64,000 nucleotides of DNA from Vicugna vicugna (Eukaryota), in assembly GCA_013265495.1 (NCBI GenBank), contig MU058337.1:1890686-1954685 (forward strand), in the 5' to 3' direction. Below the pieces are notes generated by a model, which was not told the DNA's origin, ran no database searches, and was given only the letters and a program-made list of their open reading frames with translations. This document shows, one piece after another, positions 12,435-24,850 of the stretch (position 1 is the first letter of the stretch; each line of letters begins with the position of its first letter). A program made the translations under genes and the position numbers.

Positions 12435-14662
12435 CTGTAGTAGCAAAAAGCAATAAAATCAGTGAGACTTGAACAGTACTTGTTCTCCAGATAAGCCGTT
12501 TGCATATCCAAATTAAAATCTTCATTCATTTTATCCCTTATATTTGGAATATTTTTCTCTTTCCATATAATTTTATTCAGTGGCCCCAAATCCTGTTAGT
12601 GGCACTGATGGCCCAATAGTAGATAATGAGAGGTGGTTATCCAAGCTGGGCATGGTAAGATGTTTATGCATAACAGTGGGGAAAAGGACACGTTCCCCCA
12701 TTGCTTCTTGTGACCTGAGTGGCCACTCTTCTAAACTAGCACTTTACATGGACTGTTTAGGGTTTTTTATGGTTCTACTTGCTGTGACCAGTCTCTTCTG
12801 TATCATAGGCCAGCTACTAATAGGCTCTCTCTGCTTCTCCCAAAAACACGATAAAAATTACATCATAGTGAATAGAAAAGAAGCAGAGGAGTTGATTTAA
12901 GAACGGTTTTAAGATTATTCCTTACCCAGACCTGTGAACACTGGGATGGAAATGTTCAGAAACAAGAGTTAAGAGCTCAAATCAGTAGAGTTAAGTTTTT
13001 TATTTAAAAGATTCACTTCATGGGGAAAATAATTTTTTCTTTATTTCAACTGACTTTTCAAGTTACAATTTTAACCCAAAATATAAATTTAAGTTTAATT
13101 GGAAGAGTATACACAATAATTAATTTTCTGAATTAAAGTAACCTAAGAAAATACCTTAGAGGCAAATTACTGAGAAATCAGCAAAGCTTTGTTTTCTGTA
13201 ACAGTAAAAATTAGCACTCTCCAAGTAGATGAGCAAGAATAAGAATCAGGTTCAATGATGACACAGAAATAACAAACATTGTAAGGAATTGCTTGGAGGT
13301 GATTATAGAGTGTCTGTAGCTCATAGGAACATTGCATGATTTATTTGTCACTGCCAGTAGCATAAAGGAACTAATTTAAAGCCACTAAAAATTGCCCTTA
13401 TATAATGGAGATGGGTAAACACATAGGAGAGTTGTTTTGTGTATACATGTAGACATAATTGATCTAACTGCCCATTATCCAATTACTATATTGGAAAAAT
13501 ATTTATCTTAAGGTCAAGTCGATTTTTCATGTCACCTATAATGATTCTATCAGGAATTCTATATCCCAGTTTCTCATCATTATTATCTTGGCCTCAAAAT
13601 GTATTTGTATTTTTCAGTCTTACTTTAGTATTCTTCTAATTTGGAGATAATGTCACAAATATTATCAATAGCAACATTAAAACCAGTGATTTATAACCTG
13701 TTGGCATGATCAGTGACCATAACCTAGAGGCTAGTGATTGGCAGCCACTCTCCATCTTCTAAACCGTATGTATCACTGACCCCTGAGTAGAGCTAAAAAT
13801 GGATCAGCCAGTCTGCCTTTCGCTAGTTGATGTGTGAGTCGCACCACGCACAGCGGTGAAGACCAATGTTAGACAAGCCCACGATCTCCCAGAGCTGCTG
13901 TTGTGCTTCAGGAAGCAAGGCAGGTACCTGATCATGCACGGCAGATGCGACCAACGAGTGAGTGGACCACAGAGCATGACGGCAGCAGCGGGTCCAGGAG
14001 GGGCAGGAGTTCGGAGACTCTGAACTCACCTTGGAGTGGTGCAGGGGATGCAGGGGCTTCTGCAGGGAGTGATGAGCTGGGCTTTGAAGGGCCACAGAGA
14101 GTCAGGGGGTTCGGTCTGCCTGACATTGGAACTTGGAACACAGTGAGATGGAAGGAGGCAGATTATACTCAGCGGGGTCAGGATGTGGAGGTCCCCAAAG
14201 GAACAGAGGCAGGATTTGGACTCAGATTCTTCCTCACCCCCCACCTCCATCTTGGAGGCTTGGGAACCAGGTAGCAACTGGGGGTGTGTTGGAGGTGTGC
14301 TGGGAGTGGGTGAGCAGAGACACTGCTAACCATGGCCTCGAAGCAGGACTGTTAAGGCAAAGGAGCCTCAAACTTAGGTGAAGTTTTTAGTCCTTGATTC
14401 TAGAGGATGAAAGATTTTAATTAAGGGTATGAGAGAGATACTGTAATAAGAACAAATAGATTTGTTACCTGAGTGGCAGGAGATACCAGGAGACCAGCCT
14501 GCTTTTTCTTATTTAAGGAGGAGAGAGTAAAAGGACCACAGAGTGGGTTTCCAGGGGGCCGCTGTAAGGAGCAATAAGGTTGGCTTCTCAATCTACTTTA
14601 TGAGCCCTGGTCTTTTGGAAGACTGACTGGTTTTACTTCTTAAATACTGATTATGTAAGTCA

Positions 14663-15014
14663 CAGGTCCACAGACTTTCTGTGAAGGGCCAGATAAGAAA
14701 TGTCTGGGCTTGACTGGCCAAGGGCAAAACCAAGGATGTGATGTAGGTACTTGTATTATATGAAAGGAAACACATCTGTGCGAATTCAGAATATAATTGA
14801 GTACAGTATTATGTGATACAGGTCTACTTAGAAGAATGGAATGATTTTTAAGTGCATATTTTTCTTACTTGAGTTAGCGTTCCCTTTCATCAGATCAACA
14901 GCAAATGTTCATCTGTATAAACTGTTCTTAGCTTGTGGGCCAAACAGAGAAACAGGCTGAGAGAGGGTCTAGATGTGGCCTCCAGGCCTTAGTTGGCCAA
15001 GTTTTCTGAACCTG
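14663..15014. mobile_element. MER58B (hAT-Charlie non-autonomous DNA transposon)
   Basis: ctttctgtgaagggccagata ... gcaaatgttcatctgta ... gatgtggcctccaggccttagttggccaa. Confidence 0.8.
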
Positions 15015-16274
15015 GTCTAAAAAATAAGATTTACTTTATCAGCACGTTTGCTAGAATGGAATGAATAGAACGTGATGGCATTGCTGGTAGAAATGAATTA
15101 AATGTGATGGGGGCAAGTTGGGGTAATAAGATAACACCAATTCTCATAAAGAAAGAGCAAATGAATAACAACCTTATAACAGAAAGGGATGGATACTTGG
15201 GCAGGGGGCCACTTGAATTTTAGGCCACCATATGCCATGTTGGGAAATCACGGCTGAAATATTTGGCAGATCCAGTGGTAACACACCAGTCAGCATCCTT
15301 TCGTGTTTCTGCACCTCACATTTAGTAGCTCTATGAAAATACACAAAAGGGAGAATATTAACATGGGAAGAATATTAGTGCGTTTATCGTGAGTTAACTG
15401 CGTATTGAATTGGCTGGAATTGTGGGTGGTTAACAATTCAAGTCACAGAAGCGAGTCACCAGTACAGCTACTCACATGGGTACTTTTGATTGCAGGTGTC
15501 TTGCAATTTTGGACTGTATTCAGGTCTCCTGTTCTTTCTTTTCTAACATTTTTATCAGTGTTGTCAGCATCCAGCTCTCTTTATTAAGAATAAAAGCTAT
15601 AAATGAATGAAACCTCCAATATGACAAAAGAAACAAACTGACTCTAGATAGGGAAATGCTTGCTATTTTAAATTAAAATTTCCTAGCCTGCAGTCAGCCT
15701 CAGAGGAAAGCATGCACGACTGTTACATGTATTCACTTTACTTCTGTTCATGTCTAACACTGTTACATCTGAAGCCACCCGTTAACGATCCTTAAATCTC
15801 CGGCGCGTGTTTGCTGGGTACTCGCTGAGTCTGTCATCATACCAGCCGCTGTGAGGTTTCCATAGCTTTCGGAGAAGTAATTCTCCATCTTACAGTGTTT
15901 CAGTCTTGACAGCATTCGCTCTTTTTAGGAAATGCATGAATTGTGTGTAGATCTACCAAATTATATTATAAACATACCAACTATGGAAGTAATGGTGTTC
16001 ATTTTTCTTAAAAGATGAGAATTCCTCTATCTTCACCTGTATTTCATTCAACTCAGTGAATTACTCTTTCCAGCTGTACTCAGTGTTTATTTCAGTGTTG
16101 TGATACACATTAAAACCTTGTCATTTGTTTCATCAATGTCTTTGTTCTCTGGTTTGCCAGTTTCGATGTTTTGATTTGGACCTTTTGGTGGTACAAAGGG
16201 AAAAAAATGCCTATCAGAATTTGAGCATTTTTAAGGAAGCCAAAAAGTCATCAATCTCAGCTGCCTAGCCAATG

Positions 16275-16386
16275 AAGAACCTCAACACAATTACTTCCCA
16301 CAGACCCTCGCTCTTGATGCTGTCACCTTGGGGGTTATGGTTTCAACACAGGAATTTTGAGGGGATGAAACATTCAGTCCCTAACA
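16275..16386 (-). mobile_element. MLT1A/MST-type LTR end fragment
   Basis: caccttgggggttatggtttcaacacaggaattttgagggga..aaacattcagtccctaaca. Confidence 0.75.
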
Positions 16387-16840
16387 CCCACTAGGTGCCC
16401 AGAACTGTGCTGTTGTGGAAACAGGTGGATGCAGTTGACATGGTTCCTGTTTTCATTGACGTTAACACATTTTGTTTGGTATATTTCTGTCTTTGAATGA
16501 GGATTTTAGTTTTCTGTTGAACTCTAGTCACTCGTTTAGTAAAACATGCTCTATTGATGGTAGAATACTTCCTTTATATGTCATTAGTATATGTTTTAGG
16601 ATTAAATGCAGTTTAATTCCGTGCTTATGCACATGTCTAAGGTGAAGTGGCTGTTATAATGGGGCAGTTAAGATAAATGAAGATAGAAAATATTCACCAT
16701 ACTCTCTAACATTAAATATGTTAATGAAATGATCAGATTGTTCAAAAGGTGTGTGAATTAGTGTCGGAGCCTAAAGCTGATGTGCTGACTTGGCTGATAC
16801 CCCTGGGAGAATGCATCAGACAAGGTGCCATTTAGGTTTT

Positions 16841-17109
16841 TTTTTTAACAATATAACATTTTTTTATTGACTTATAATCATTTTACAATGTTGTGTCAAA
16901 TTCCAGTGTAGAGCACAAAGTGTAGAGCATTTCAGTTATACATGATCATATATATATTCATGGTCACATTTCTTTCTCTGTGAGCTACCATAAGATCTTG
17001 TGTATATTTCCCTGTACTACACAGTATAATCTTGCTTATCTATTCTACAATTTTGAAGTTCCATCTATCCCTTCCCACCCTCCACCCCCTTGGCAACCAC
17101 AAGTTTGTA
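16841..17109 (-). mobile_element. Young camelid L1, 5'-truncated, with 12-bp TSD
   Basis: L1 3' UTR similar to 44128-44400; perfect TSD catttaggtttt at 16829-16840 and 17110-17121; internal repeat agtgtagagca x2. Confidence 0.9.
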
Positions 17110-18344
17110 CATTTAGGTTTTATATCCCAAGGGGCCAGTTTTGAAAGCAATGCGTGCTCGAATGACTATCAGAAGTCAAGAGGACTGCCGTCTGCAGGCC
17201 TGGAATTTGAACAAGGTTTGTTTCAGGCTGTGGCCTGAGATCACAGACACACTGAGTTGATGAAGAGTTTGGAGTTTTAATTCCTAAAGATCTCTGTAAA
17301 TGACCAACCACTGATCACCTGGCTTTGGAGCAAACCCCTCTAATCCCAGAGAACCCTGCTCCAGGCACCTTGCTCCCTTTTCCACCACTGTGACTTCTTT
17401 ATGTTGTGTGGTCATTTCATCCTCCACCTTCACTCACTGGTTTCAATAATCGTGTGGAAACATGTTTATCATGTTTTCACTCCTTTATGTCTTCTTTACT
17501 CCCAGTCTTCTCTCCAAGAGGATCATTTTTAGTTTCTTTACATCTTTGTTTCCTATACAACAAAGATTCGAGATTTTCTCCAATTACGCATGCTCCTTTC
17601 TGAGTCACCGACGTACAAATATACCAGTGGGAAGGCAGGTAGATTATAAATATATAGATAAATGTTTACATACACATACCCACGTGCATTCCTCAGCTTC
17701 CTCTTAAACTTAATTGATGGCTGTATTCCAGGTGTGTTACTAACGTTTCTCCTTTGTTAGAGTTGCTAACGAGTGCCGACCTTACCCGTGCTTGCGCAGC
17801 CTGTCAGTGTTTGAGAGCAGCCACGTGATTCCCACAATTGAAAGAAGCCACATGAATGATATTTCTCATGAACGTTTTCCCTTTTCTTTCTTGGTGATCA
17901 GATACGACTTCCAAGGAGTTCAAAGCCAAGAGTAGTTATCAGCCCTTAGGATGGGTTTCAGGGAGACGTGAGATCTGGAAGATGGCAGACATTCCCTCTT
18001 CAGTATCTTTTTACTGTTGTGTGTTCTTCTTATGAGCCTCCTGAAATCCATTTTTGGAGTAAGGTGGCAAATAAGAGCACAACCAACGACCCTGGTGAAG
18101 ATTCTAACTAGTAGCTTGGGAGAAGCCGTTCTGACTATTTAAGTTTTATTAACAAGGGCTGGAGAAACCTCTCGACATGGAAAACTGAGGGCTTGTTAGT
18201 TTCTGGTTGACAAGTTGGTTACCCTCTGAAGCCTCAGATCTTTATAAAATAGGAATAATGATGTCTTTGTGTGTTTTAAAATGAAGGGAAATTCATGAGA
18301 GTTGCTGTTGACCCAGTCACGTTTCCTTGCTTATTTTATTTTTT

Positions 18345-18560
18345 GCCTTAATGAACACTCTGTGCCAGACTCTTTTCCAAATCCTTTACGAGTGTTCATG
18401 TATTAAGTACTCATCCTTCCTACCCCCATAGAGTGGGGATCATCATAACTAAGTAAGAAGGGAAGTTGAGCACAAGCAAGTCATTGACTTGCCCAAGGTC
18501 ACCCACTCACGTGTGGAAGAGCTAGGATTTGAACCCTTTCGTTTGTAGAACTCGTGGCCT
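18345..18560 (-). mobile_element. MIR
   Basis: tgacttgcccaaggtcac...gagctaggatttgaaccc; a second, oppositely oriented MIR fragment lies at ~18190-18310. Confidence 0.8.
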
Positions 18561-21211
18561 TTTTTATTTTATTTTTTTAAACCACAGGGCTCCCCATGCT
18601 TCTTCTCAACCACTGGAAAAAAATTTGGGAAGGGGACCTGTGAGGAAAGGGCAAGATTGTTTTTCTTTGCCTTTCCTAGAATCTCTCCAGGGCTCCCCCC
18701 TGGATGGATGGGAGAATCATTACTCTAGAGCTGGTGGTCCCACAGCTGCCGGCAATCCAGCCCTCCTGTAACCCTCCAGAAGTGTCAGAAAGCAGCTGCT
18801 GCAAAAGCTGAGCTGCCAGCAGCTGCTGATCGAACACCTGGCTGCCTGCGACAGGGCGGCCACGTATCCTCAGGGCGACAAAGGATCCTCCTGGGTAGCA
18901 GACCAGGGCCGACAAGGGCAAGAGGGCAAGACAGTCTCCTCCTCTTTGAGACTGTTTTCCAGCGGGAGGGTTGGAAGCAATGACTGATCCTAGAACATGG
19001 GAGGGTGTTACGGCATCTTGGTGTTTATAAAAATCACACCCAGAAGCACATGTGCTCTCTCCAAATGGGGATTTAATTCAAAGCTGGTGATTAATGAATA
19101 GCTCAGAGTCTGTATATGTATAACAGTCATGTAAACTCTATGTGGGGTGAACAAAACAGTCATTAATTTGAAGATACATTTTCTTTCTCAGTCAAACTTT
19201 CCAATGTTTCTTAAACATGTTGTTTATATAAAATTTATTTATAGCGGATTTTTACCCTCCCTCAGTAATCACTGAAGAGAGATATATATAAACAGGAAAT
19301 GTCTCCCTTTAATTCCAGCTAACACCTTTGTTATTTATACTAGCACACATAAGTCTCTCTTTATGACATAACATCTGTTGCTGGAAGAATGGTTTTGTTG
19401 GCAGAGATGAGGAATATATTTCGAACGAAGCAAAAGGAGATCAATTACGGAAGAGAAAAATAATCTTGTTCCACACGCTGAACGTAACGCAGACCAAACT
19501 TACGCATGCGTGCATACGTCGACAGAGTGATTTAAAAGCCGCTCATACGTGGCAACGTATACTGAGAATTGGGGCTGCATGTTCTCTCTTGGAGATGATC
19601 GTTTGAGCTTTTAGGGGCTCTGAGGGTCTCCCCATTTCTGATGAAGACATCCCTAGTTGTGAGAAGTTGGCATATTTGTCCTTAACCATTCTGTTTTTAA
19701 AAACTGTCAACATTTGCTATGAAATTATAACTTAGTTCTTACTTTAAACATCTTCCAGGTTTACTTGCTTTAGTGAATAAACTCGGTTTCCTAATAGAAC
19801 TTATACATGCATATTTTTCTTTGCTGTAGTTTTGCTAAAATGAAGCAAATTGATATAAATATGGTTTTGAGTGAAAAATCTCAGCTTATGCAAAAGCATT
19901 CTCCTTCTTAAAGATCAGGTGTGTGTTAAAAATTGTACATCTAATAGGTACACTGCAGAAAATATGGAAAATGTGTAAGAAAGAAAGAGCATTTGCTTGT
20001 AACCTACGACTTGGGGCTTTCCCTGACATCAGCAATCCAGAATGGCGGTGCTGGGCTTGAGAGGAATGAAAACTGTAGAATTACTTGGAGCAAATTTTTA
20101 TTATAGTTCATTTATTAGCCCAAGATGTACAGCTTCAGGTGAAAAACAAAGTATAAATATCTGATGGAAAAGGAAGCAGTATGTGTCTTCCAAGTTGCCA
20201 TTTTATAGATCACTCATATTTTAAACTTGTCACTACTGTAAAACGTTTCTTGATTTACAAATCCCATTAAGATTGCAAGAGCATCTATAATTCTAAAAGG
20301 TGAGGCAAACTCATTGGAACAGTGTAGGGGCTGAGAGCACTTTAAACAGTTCCGGAAAAGCATATTGGAAAGAATTACTTGTGTTAATTATCTTTCCTTT
20401 TCTTCCAATAGTCGTGTTTTGAAAAGAAAAACAACAAGTTCCTTAACAATGATAAATGAACCAGGGCTATGCCGATAGAGGGTAGGGGGTGGTAAACGAA
20501 AGAACAAAACATATTTGTTTTCACATTTCTGATACTCGAGAAACAATTAAATGAGGAAAATAAGTTATTTCCAAAATGAGGAAAGACACTTATGCTTGAT
20601 CCACATTGATATGGAATGTGTGCTTCAGGCTGAAACTGTCATCAGGCTTTAAGCCCCCATTCTATTCGGGGGCTGTTCTTTATCCTGGGAAACACGGTTG
20701 TGTGTTTGGGTCCAACAAGGATGGCCTGAAGGTGCGGCGTGGTCCCCGGGGCAGAGAGGCACCCAGTTGCAGCACTGAGCACTTCCTGATCTTTTGTGAT
20801 GCTTGTTGCGGTGCCAGTGGCTTTATGCTGGCTCTCTTTGCATCTTGGGCGTCTTCTTTATCTTCTTCAAAGGCTCCGTGTGTTCCACTCTCTCTAAAAA
20901 TCAGTACTTGGGCTTTTGCTCTTCCCGCGGTACATACCCTCCTCTGTAGGTCTCATCTGGTCTGGGACGGCGTTGGTACCAACCAACTGATGGTCCCCGC
21001 ACTTGCGTCCCTGCCTTTTCTCTCTTCCCTGCGCTTCACTCCTTGATTTCCACCTGTGAGTTGAATGTCTCCTCAAAGTTGCCCTGCGTTCATCTCAAAT
21101 GCATCATGTATTAACAGGATTGTTTTTTTAATCCCAAACCTGTTTTTATCTGCACATGACATTATTTGAATTGGTTAAAGCTCAACATTGGAGAATTATT
21201 AGAACTGTTCT

Positions 21212-21405
21212 CAGTTTTATGCTGCTAAATGTTTAACAACTAGTGCTCTCAACAGTCTCTAATAGGCAGCACATGCTGACTGCAGTGCAGCAAAGATCCC
21301 CACAAGACTGATTTAACCGACCAGCGAGAATCATGGACAAGAGCTGTGAGCAGAAGGTCACAGTTGGCTCCGGTGAGGCGGTACAAGTGGGCTGCAGCAC
21401 ACTCC
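21212..21405. mobile_element. MER63-like hAT DNA transposon
   Basis: Ends resemble MER63 termini: gctgctaaatgtttaacaac ... ggctccggtgaggcggtacaagtgggctgcagcacac. Confidence 0.6.
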
Positions 21406-21584
21406 AGGCTACGCTGAAATTCTGGTCCTCCGGGAAGAACTAATGTTCTTTAGTAAACCTCAGTTGAAAGGATAAATATCTCAATAAGAAAATGTAGACA
21501 TATTAAATATAAGTTGTTTCCATCCAGAGAACATGGTCCTACACAGAACATAGTCTTAGATGTTTACTGGGTGGGAGTGAGAAA

Positions 21585-22180
21585 GTGAGCTTGAATTTCA
21601 GCAATGTATTGCCAAAAGCATCTTATGAACCTTGTGCAGAAGATGGAGAAATTCAGACTGAATAACCAAAGAGTTACGTGGGTGAATAGCTCATCAAGTC
21701 AATACTGAAGTGTTGCGGGGCACTGTCAGTCGGGCTGCAGGTCTCTCGTGGTGTGTCACCAAGGCGAAGTCTTTGAGCCTCTCAGGATGTCTGGCATAAT
21801 TACAAATTGTCATTACCTAAAGCTTGGAGGAGTAATTGCTATAGAAGATGACAAAGTCAGGATTCAAAACAAAAATTGATACATTAAAATAATGAATCAC
21901 CATAACAACAACAAAGACGTGGGACAGCAGTGTCAGACTCTGCATTAGGTTGAAAGAATCATTTCCCAAAATAGAAGTGTGACCAAGCTTGCCAACGTGT
22001 GCTGGAGGAACCCCATGCGGGTTTTAGTTGATTGGTAACCTTAGCACAAAGTAGGAGAGAATGTGACTGCTGAACCAGCTCATGCATTCTTAGGTGATTT
22101 TAATAGAAACACAGCGTTGTGCAGAGACCCTGTGGCCGGCCAGCGTAGCAGGTTTGGAGAGTGGGTCTGCACACTGGAAA
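21585..22180 (+). mobile_element. CR1/L3 LINE reverse-transcriptase remnant
   Basis: Degenerate ordered motifs corresponding to LDFSKAF, SGVPQG, KLGG..EDR..IQ, LHLG.KN, GVLVD, ANAILG..NR. Confidence 0.7.
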
Positions 22181-23049
22181 GTCCAGGGAGTTCTACGTCC
22201 TGCCGTGCCCATCACATCTCAGCCCAGGGGATCATCTCTTCCTCCCTCCGAGGTCCTGCAACTGCAAGTCATTTCTGTGTCTGCCTACACTGTTCCATTT
22301 GCTTGTAACTTCTCGCTCTCCCCAATTAAAAACCAGTTACGTTTTAACTCTTAACTCCTTTTGTTAAATGTCAAAATCAGAAATACTCAAGGCTTCCACC
22401 CTGCTTCCTCGAAGATGCTCATACTCTTCTTAGGCGCTTATTTTTCTCAGCTTGGCTTATACTTAGTCACCTTCCGTGTCATGTAAACTGTCACTGAATG
22501 CTGATTTTATGCCAGGCACCGTGCTACGCCCTGTCACAGACTTGATTTCTGCTCTAGAATTTGGTGCTTTGAGGAGAGGGGTCCTAGCTCACTTGCTCCG
22601 TTGGACTTCCGTAACTAGCATCACTTGGGCAAGGGAATCGGCATGTGTTGAATGAACATAAGGTGAGTTGGATAAAATTTGAACCTAAAGTCATAATGGG
22701 ATCACGACCAAGAATCAGGCTTCTCCCACGTTTTCGGGCTCTTTCAGTACCAGTGAAGGCAGCCTGGATTTGTGGTTTGTACTCTTGACCTTGGATTCTC
22801 ACCAACGTGCATTTATTCATTCACACGTGGGCTGGCACCGCGCTAGACCATGGAGATTCAAAATGTTTTATTCAGAACTTTTTACTACAGAGATCTACCT
22901 TTAAATTGTTAGACTTTGACAAAATGCTGATTGTTGCCAGTGAATTGTTCTTAGAGTAAGACAATTTGTTAAATTCTTGAACTGCAGTCTGTTCTTTGGG
23001 GTTCCTAAGGAGTCAAAAAAGCACTCAATAACGACCTGTAACTATTTAA

Positions 23050-23957
23050 AAAAATCTATTTGTATTGAACTACAGTTGATTTACACTATTGTGTTAGTTT
23101 CAGGTGTACAGTGTCAGATTGTTTCCATTATGGATTATTACAAGATATTGAGTAGTTCCCCATGCTGTACAGTAAATCTTTGTTTATCTATTGTATGTAT
23201 ACAACGGTGTGTACCTGTTAGCCCCATGCTCCTAACTAACCCCCCCCTGCCCTTTCCCCTTTAGTAATCGTAAGTTTGTTTTCTGTGCCTGGGAGTCTAT
23301 TTCTGTTTTGCAAATAAGTTCATTTGTATCATTTTTTTTTGATGCCACATATAAGTAATACCATATGATACTTGTCTTTCTGTCTGACTTCCTTCACTTA
23401 GTCTGATAATTTCTAGGTCCATCCATGTTGCTGCAAATGGCAATACTTCGTTCTTTTTTATGGCTGAGTAACATTTCATAATATTTCTCATATCTGGGTC
23501 ATATGGTAAGTCTATTTTTAGTTTTTAAAGGAACCTCCACCCTATTTTCCGTAGTGGGTGCCCTAACTTACATTCCCACCAACAGTGTAGAAGGGTTCCC
23601 TTTTCTCCACAACCTTTGCAGAATTTATTATTGGTAGACTTTTTGATGATAGCCATGCTGACCGGTGTGAGGTGGTACCGCACTGCAGTTTTGATTTGCA
23701 TTTCTCTGATAATTAGTGACATGGAGCATCTTTCATGTTCCTGTTGGTCATTTGTGTGTCTTCTTTGGAGAAACTCTATTTAGGTCCTCTGCCCATTTTT
23801 TTGATTGGGTTGTTTGTTTTTTGATATGGAATTGTATGAACTGCCTATATATTTTGGAAGTTAAGCCTTTGTTCATTGCATCATTTGCAAATATTTTCTC
23901 CCAACCGATGGACTATCTTTTCGTTTTGTTTATGGTTTCTTTTGCTGGGCAAAAGCC
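23050..23957 (-). mobile_element. L1 (artiodactyl-type), ORF2 C-terminus plus 3' UTR, internally deleted
   Basis: ORFs 23525..23722 ([33 protein letters not shown]) and 23297..23491 ([18 protein letters not shown]) are L1 ORF2 C-terminal sequence. Confidence 0.95.
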
Positions 23958-24729
23958 ATGTTTGATCAAACAATAACTATTTTTGATGATTACCAGTGGT
24001 GAACCCAGTTGAGAATCCTTAGTCTTGCCCAGAGATGCCCTCCACTTTTCTAGTTATGTCAAAGCAAATCATAGCTCAGGTGAACAGAGCATCTTCCCAA
24101 GGGCATTTTGGGGTCTAACTCCAGGCACCCCAGGAAATCAGGAAATGAGGACGCTCCCGGAGAGCACCAAGGTGCTTGGGCCATCAATCTTTCAGCTTGA
24201 TACCAACAACCATGTTACGATGAGCTTAGTGTTTATACATTTTTCTCATTTCGTTCTACTGAAGTCAACATGCACACCCAAATAGGGAGGAAAAGAGCTA
24301 CCCTTAAGGAAAATCTTGAATTTATTTACATTTTGATAATTATGAGAGCTCCATAAAAGACTTTTAAAATGGTAATTTTAAATAGTATTTCATAGAGGAT
24401 TGACCTCTGGGGAACTAACGACTACTCGTTTTGAGACTGTCACGTTGAATCTTTTAATAGAACTTTGTGAACAATAGGAGTGGCTTGTTAAATGTAAATA
24501 CTACACCACGGACTTGGATTAATAAAAATGCCAACGTTTCTTTTAGCCTGGGAAGTTAAGCGCTCCTTCCTTCTCTAGTTGTGATTGACAGGCTGGCGTC
24601 TCTCCATTTCATCCTGGTAAGTGTGTGCTAACATTGGGTTGAAATGTCATTCTTTTGACTCCGGAATCCAACATGTCTTTACCCCACATTATCTCTGTAA
24701 TGTTCATTGTGCTGCTGTTGGGAAGATGT

Positions 24730-24850
24730 CAGATGAGATTTCTGCCAGTTTAGCATCTGAGAAGCTGAGTCACGAAGCGGTTCGATGACTTGCCTAAGGG
24801 CGTGACCCAGATCAGCAGGAGAGCATAGCACAGACCTGAAAGCTGGTGTG
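24730..24850 (-). mobile_element. MIR fragment
   Basis: tgagaagctgagtcac...gatgacttgcctaaggg. Confidence 0.55.

Larger units (their letters stand above)
302..14131 (-). pseudogene. Candidate unidentified multi-exon gene or decayed pseudogene on the minus strand
   Basis: Series of AG/GT-bounded segments read by eye: 14030-14131, 13155-13195, 12926-12940, 12376-12434, 12012-12032, 11779-11818, 5716-5867, 5089-5130, 4143-4184, 302-382; plus coding-like but stop-interrupted tracts at ~3245-4025 and ~600-853. No homologue recognised. Confidence 0.3.
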
